Shown here in pieces: positions 27,347 through 31,295 of a stretch of DNA of 31,295 nt. The stretch spans positions 1 to 31,295 of the forward strand of contig CBDDUX010000108.1 of NCBI GenBank assembly GCA_965234725.1, given 5' to 3'. Within the stretch, counting starts at the first letter, position 1. Every line of letters starts with the position of its first letter. The stretch is from Thermoplasmatota archaeon (GTDB lineage: Archaea; Thermoplasmatota; Penumbrarchaeia; Penumbrarchaeales; Penumbrarchaeaceae). Made by a program: the position numbers and the translations under genes. The notes beneath the pieces are model-generated. The model had not been told where the DNA came from. It searched no databases and was given only the letters and a program-made list of their open reading frames with translations.

Positions 27347-28272
27347 GTTATCTTATCATTCATAATCCAACAGCCAGGAGTGGAAGGTCGATACGGATCA
27401 AGGATCACATTGTAAGCGAGATGAGGAAGAGAGGAATGGATCACGACATCGTTCAAACATCCAGAAAGGATGAAGCGGTCGATCTGTCCCGTATGGGTTG
27501 TCTGAAAGATGAACATGATGTGATAGTCGCGATGGGAGGTGACGGTACTATATGTGAGGTTATTACTGGGATGATGAGGGCAGGCTCAGGTAAGATGCCC
27601 CGCCCCTGTCTTGGGGTCATTCATATCGGAACCAGCCCGGATTTCAACCGATACCATTCGATCCCGTTTTCTCCCCTATCCCAACTTGACGTGATCGAGA
27701 GGGGCAGGTCGAGAAAGATTGATATCGGCAGGGTCGAACTGAAGGGTTTTTCGGGGACAATGGAAAAGTGGTATTTCGGTAGTTCGGTGAACCTGGGCCT
27801 GGGCCCCTCCATCGCTTCCAGGTCCAACGGCAGGTACAGGAGATTCCTGGGAGACATGTTAGGAACCCTTCTTTCCACCCTTGTATCCCTGGCTGGCTAT
27901 GATCCCTCAGACATCGAAGCAAGGATTGACGGAAAGGGGGTCACCTACAAGGACCTGATCAATCTAACAGTAGGAAAGGACCCACATTTAGCATCCGGTA
28001 TGAGGGTCCCGATCGCAATGCCTGATGACAATGGGCGGATGTACTGTCTTTCCATTGAGACCGCCTCCAAGTTCGCGCTTCTACCTCAAATAAAAAAGAT
28101 GTATGCTGGTAATATCCTGGACTACAGAGGAGCCCGATTGATATATTGCTCTAAATTCGAGGTACAGAATAGTACCAATCGGAAGGTCGAATTCGACGGC
28201 GATCACAGGGGTTTCCTGCCCGTTAAAGTTGATCTGGTGGAGAAGGGATTGGAGGTGATAATGGATGTCTGA
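27343..28272 (+). CDS. Diacylglycerol/sphingosine kinase (DAGK_cat, YegS-like) family protein
   Basis: IHNPTARSG, AMGGDGTICEV, GTSPDF, KIDIGRV, FDGD; TTGA overlap with the upstream gene. Confidence 0.88.
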   Translation: MSYLIIHNPTARSGRSIRIKDHIVSEMRKRGMDHDIVQTSRKDEAVDLSRMGCLKDEHDVIVAMGGDGTICEVITGMMRAGSGKMPRPCLGVIHIGTSPDFNRYHSIPFSPLSQLDVIERGRSRKIDIGRVELKGFSGTMEKWYFGSSVNLGLGPSIASRSNGRYRRFLGDMLGTLLSTLVSLAGYDPSDIEARIDGKGVTYKDLINLTVGKDPHLASGMRVPIAMPDDNGRMYCLSIETASKFALLPQIKKMYAGNILDYRGARLIYCSKFEVQNSTNRKVEFDGDHRGFLPVKVDLVEKGLEVIMDV

Positions 28273-29311
28273 AAGGGTCTTTGTGACCGGAGGAACCGGT
28301 TTCATTGGCAGTCATATCGTTGATGCCCTCGTTGAGGGTGGACGAGATGTTACGGTCCTTGCAAGGAAAAGCAGTAGCAGGGCAAATCTTACAATGGCAT
28401 TGGAATCGGGGAGGGTCCGTCTCATTCAGGGAGATATTACCGACCCGGGAAGCCTCAGAGGATCCATGGAGGACATGGAGGTTCTCATCCACGGAGCAGC
28501 CCTATCCCGAGACTGGGGGGATCGTGCAGATTTCCGATCGATCAACATATCAGGTACCATCAATGTTTTGGAGGAAGCTATCCGGTCCGGGGTCGGGCAT
28601 ATCATCCACATCAGCACTTGCGGTGTGATCGGAGAGGAAGACTGCATAGATCCCAAATCCGAGGAGAGCCCGATCAGACCTCATTTACCATATCTGTTCC
28701 ATAGGGTATTTCCCTCTGCTATGAACTATTACAGAGAGACCAAGGGAGAGGGGGAGGCGAAGGCAATTGAAATATGCAAAGGGAACGTGGTTGGTCTTAC
28801 AGTTATCAGACCTGTTTGGGTATTCGGGGAAAGGGAACTTCATTCGGGACCATACATTACAGCAAGGGCAGGGCTTAAAGGACCTGCTTTGATACCGGGA
28901 AGGGGTAGTACTCTCTTCCATATGGTCTATGTCAGAGACCTGGCAAAGATGATAACTAAGCTATCTGAATGGAAGGGAAATGGGATCAGGACCTTTATGG
29001 CAGGTCCAGAAAGGCCCGTTCCTCTTGAGGAATACCATGGGGATCTTTTTAAGATCATAGGATCAAGGGACCCTGTATATCTTCCGAAGATCCTTACATA
29101 TCCAGTAGGACTGATCATGGAGTTTTTATCTGCAATTCTTAGGTCGGATTCCCCCCCACTCCTGACAAGGGCAAGGGTCTCAATGGGATTCAATAATAAC
29201 ATATATGATACCTCGAAATTGAGGTCGGAACTTGGAACGCTCCCCTGCACGAGTTTGAAAACCGGGTTGAACAGATCTGTAAGGTGGTGGAGGGAAAATG
29301 GCTACCTCTGA
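28265..29311 (+). CDS. Extended SDR (NAD-dependent epimerase / 3-beta-HSD-like)
   Basis: VTGGTGFIGSH, GDITD, HIST, YRETK (YxxxK), IRPVWVFG, VYVRDLA, PPLLTR; 8-bp overlap. Confidence 0.9.
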   Translation: MSERVFVTGGTGFIGSHIVDALVEGGRDVTVLARKSSSRANLTMALESGRVRLIQGDITDPGSLRGSMEDMEVLIHGAALSRDWGDRADFRSINISGTINVLEEAIRSGVGHIIHISTCGVIGEEDCIDPKSEESPIRPHLPYLFHRVFPSAMNYYRETKGEGEAKAIEICKGNVVGLTVIRPVWVFGERELHSGPYITARAGLKGPALIPGRGSTLFHMVYVRDLAKMITKLSEWKGNGIRTFMAGPERPVPLEEYHGDLFKIIGSRDPVYLPKILTYPVGLIMEFLSAILRSDSPPLLTRARVSMGFNNNIYDTSKLRSELGTLPCTSLKTGLNRSVRWWRENGYL

Positions 29312-30608
29312 TGTCCGTTATCTCACAGGCCTGAAGAAGGCCATTTTTCTACAGAGGTTGAAGATGGGAGTGGCCTTGCATTTCATCAGTGAGATGCTGA
29401 AAGGGAGGATGGGTATTGGAAAGATGATCCGGACCCTTAGGAACGTTCTGATCTTCTACAACAAGGTCAAGACGAATAAAGTGGTCAAGGTAAGAAGTTC
29501 TTACAAATTTCATATTTATTTTCCAGCATATCCAACCCCTGCCTTCTGGAAGGGAATGGAGAAGTTCATTCCCAAGGGTCTGAAACCGGAAAGGATAGCC
29601 AGTACATCCGTCCTTATTTCCATGACCAAGAGCTGCCCTTACGACTGTGAGCATTGCTATCAGAAAGTGGACCGGCTTGATGACATGCCAGTTGAGAAGA
29701 TGAAGGAGGTCACCAGACGTATCCGCGACCTAGGGACCTCATATTTCAACATCGAGGGAGGAGAGCCCCTTGTCAGATTCGACCGGTTAATTCAGATCCT
29801 TTCAGTTCTTGGGCCTTCTGAAGAGGTATGGGTAAATACAACCGGATTCTCAATTGATAGGAAGAAGGCAGACCTGATGAGGGAAGCTGGTGTATTTGGA
29901 GTCATGGTGAGCATACACCATCCGGATGCCTCCGTTCACGACAGATTCGTAGGGCATGATGGGGCCTTCGACATTGCGGTAAAGGCCCTTGGGACCTTCA
30001 GGGAGGCTGGTCTCGCAACAATGATCAATTGTACAGGGACGCAGGACCTCGTTTCAGGAGATGGATTCGATAGGATAATGGAGATAGCGAAGAAGGAAAG
30101 ATGCGCCATGGTCCAGCTCATTCATGAGAAACCGGCAGGGGCATGGATGGGTAAGGATGACGTGATGAAAGGTCCCTATGTCAGGAGACTTCAGGACATT
30201 CACCGGATATACAATTCGAGTGGTGAAAAGGCAAAGTATCCGCCGGTCTCATCTCAGGCGTTCGAGTCCAGAATTGATGAGTACGGATGTACCGCAGGGG
30301 GAATCGACAGGTTCTACGTAAATGCGAATGGTGATGTCCAACCCTGCGAATTCGTTAACGTGAGTGTGGGAAATGTTTTAGAGGAGGATTTCGAAGAGAT
30401 CTATATCAGGATGAGGAGGCGTTTCATTTATCCCCGGGTGAATTGGATCTGTTGCACCGAACATGAAAGGGTGAGGGAAGCATTCAGAAGGTCTGGTCAA
30501 ACCAATACACCTCTATCTCCTGAGAGGTCAGCCCCCCTCATGAATAAATTCGATAGGGGAATAAAGACGCCGATCTACTGTGAAATGGGGATCTATGATG
30601 AGGGTTAA
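29298..30608 (+). CDS. Radical SAM protein with SPASM/twitch-like C-terminal domain
   Basis: CPYDCEHC (CxxxCxxC), EGGEP, CTAGG..RFYVNANGDVQPCEF, GNV, WICC; 14-bp overlap. Confidence 0.92.
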   Translation: MATSDVRYLTGLKKAIFLQRLKMGVALHFISEMLKGRMGIGKMIRTLRNVLIFYNKVKTNKVVKVRSSYKFHIYFPAYPTPAFWKGMEKFIPKGLKPERIASTSVLISMTKSCPYDCEHCYQKVDRLDDMPVEKMKEVTRRIRDLGTSYFNIEGGEPLVRFDRLIQILSVLGPSEEVWVNTTGFSIDRKKADLMREAGVFGVMVSIHHPDASVHDRFVGHDGAFDIAVKALGTFREAGLATMINCTGTQDLVSGDGFDRIMEIAKKERCAMVQLIHEKPAGAWMGKDDVMKGPYVRRLQDIHRIYNSSGEKAKYPPVSSQAFESRIDEYGCTAGGIDRFYVNANGDVQPCEFVNVSVGNVLEEDFEEIYIRMRRRFIYPRVNWICCTEHERVREAFRRSGQTNTPLSPERSAPLMNKFDRGIKTPIYCEMGIYDEG

Positions 30609-31295
30609 GAGATCCCTTTCGAAATTCCCACTTGCGTACCTAAGGTCAATGAGGCCCTACACTTTCTTTGTGACCGGAACTGCGGGACTCGCAGGAATTA
30701 TGGCAGTTAGGGGATGGACGGATCCAGCGAGATGCGCTGTATCACTAATCCTCCTTTTCTCCGCTTACGGGACAAATCAGGTTGTAAACGATCTTCTGGG
30801 ATTGAAAGAGGATTCCTACAATAAGGTCAGGAGACCCCTGGTGACAGGAGAACTAGGATCACGGGCGGCGTGGACGGTGACAGGTATCATATTCATCGCT
30901 GGTGGTATCATTTCCTTCTTCCTCAATCCGGAGTCACTGATCATATACGTTGCAGGATATGGTTTCAATGTGATCTATGAGCAAATGAAGGGCATTCCTT
31001 TTGCTGGAAATCTCTGGTTCGGAGCGATGATCGCGCTAGCACCATTTTTCGGTGCTGTAACCACAAGCGGTCTATCTCTTGAGGCAGCCCTGAAGGATAA
31101 GGAGATCCTCATGATCATGCTGCTTGTAATGCTTATCCAGTCATCTCTTTGCAGATTGACCTATTTTAAGGATGAAGGGGGAGATAGGAAAGCTGGAAAG
31201 ATGACCTATGTGGTCGTTATGGGTTATAGAAGGGCAAGATATCTCAGCTTCCTTATACTCCCAATTCCTCATATCACATTATTGATCCTAATTTT
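30595..31295 (+). CDS. UbiA-family prenyltransferase (3' truncated by window end; absent from the ORF track)
   Basis: Manual translation, open to the window end: MMRVKRS...SMRPYT...NQVVNDLLGLKEDSYNKVRRPLVTGEL...IYEQMKGIPFAGNL...TYFKDEGGDRKAGKMT; 14-bp overlap with the radical SAM gene. Confidence 0.88.
   Translation, partial: MMRVKRSLSKFPLAYLRSMRPYTFFVTGTAGLAGIMAVRGWTDPARCAVSLILLFSAYGTNQVVNDLLGLKEDSYNKVRRPLVTGELGSRAAWTVTGIIFIAGGIISFFLNPESLIIYVAGYGFNVIYEQMKGIPFAGNLWFGAMIALAPFFGAVTTSGLSLEAALKDKEILMIMLLVMLIQSSLCRLTYFKDEGGDRKAGKMTYVVVMGYRRARYLSFLILPIPHITLLILI

Noticed and set aside
461..30121. Numerous short antisense or alternate-frame ORFs in the track (e.g. 3722-4342, 6163-6702, 9544-10062, 15920-16468, 18793-19407, 24405-25046)
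   Set aside because: They overlap well-supported genes and have no recognisable motifs; treated as shadow ORFs.
25955..31295. Putative lipid operon as an island integrated at tRNA-His
   Set aside because: The operon lies off the tRNA 5' end, and no integrase or duplicated tRNA-His fragment is visible in the window. The far boundary is outside the window, so this is not fully excluded.
1..31295. CRISPR array, rRNA, transposase or integrase genes
   Set aside because: No regularly spaced short repeats or recognisable motifs were seen.

Overview
Archaeal chromosomal window, most consistent with Thermoplasmatota (inferred from Taw3, a DUF106/EMC3-type protein, an HTH_10 regulator, TATA-box promoters and surface proteins with a TM helix plus acidic tail). 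Left end (1-3.6 kb): an AT-richer accessory zone where a Kef-type antiporter and an AAA_14/DUF4143 ATPase each lie between degenerate copies of a tRNA 3' end, suggesting tandem integration scars. Next come a dikinase-type (RPH/PigC-like) phosphotransferase, an AttH/CrtC-like protein and a divergent HTH_10 regulator; taw3; three large membrane-anchored surface proteins (one a double 7-bladed beta-propeller) with a 120-bp MITE between two of them; a mycothione-reductase-like disulfide reductase; a CruF-like protein; housekeeping genes (MarC, J-domain membrane protein, purC, DUF106); and tRNA-His(GTG). The most interesting feature is at the right end: an operon of overlapping genes encoding an alpha-oxoamine synthase (serine palmitoyltransferase-like), a DAG/sphingosine-kinase-like protein, an extended SDR, a radical SAM enzyme and a UbiA prenyltransferase with altered Asp motifs. 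It runs off the window and is a candidate archaeal sphingoid-like/amino-lipid pathway. All functional calls come from motif recognition by eye; no database searches were run.
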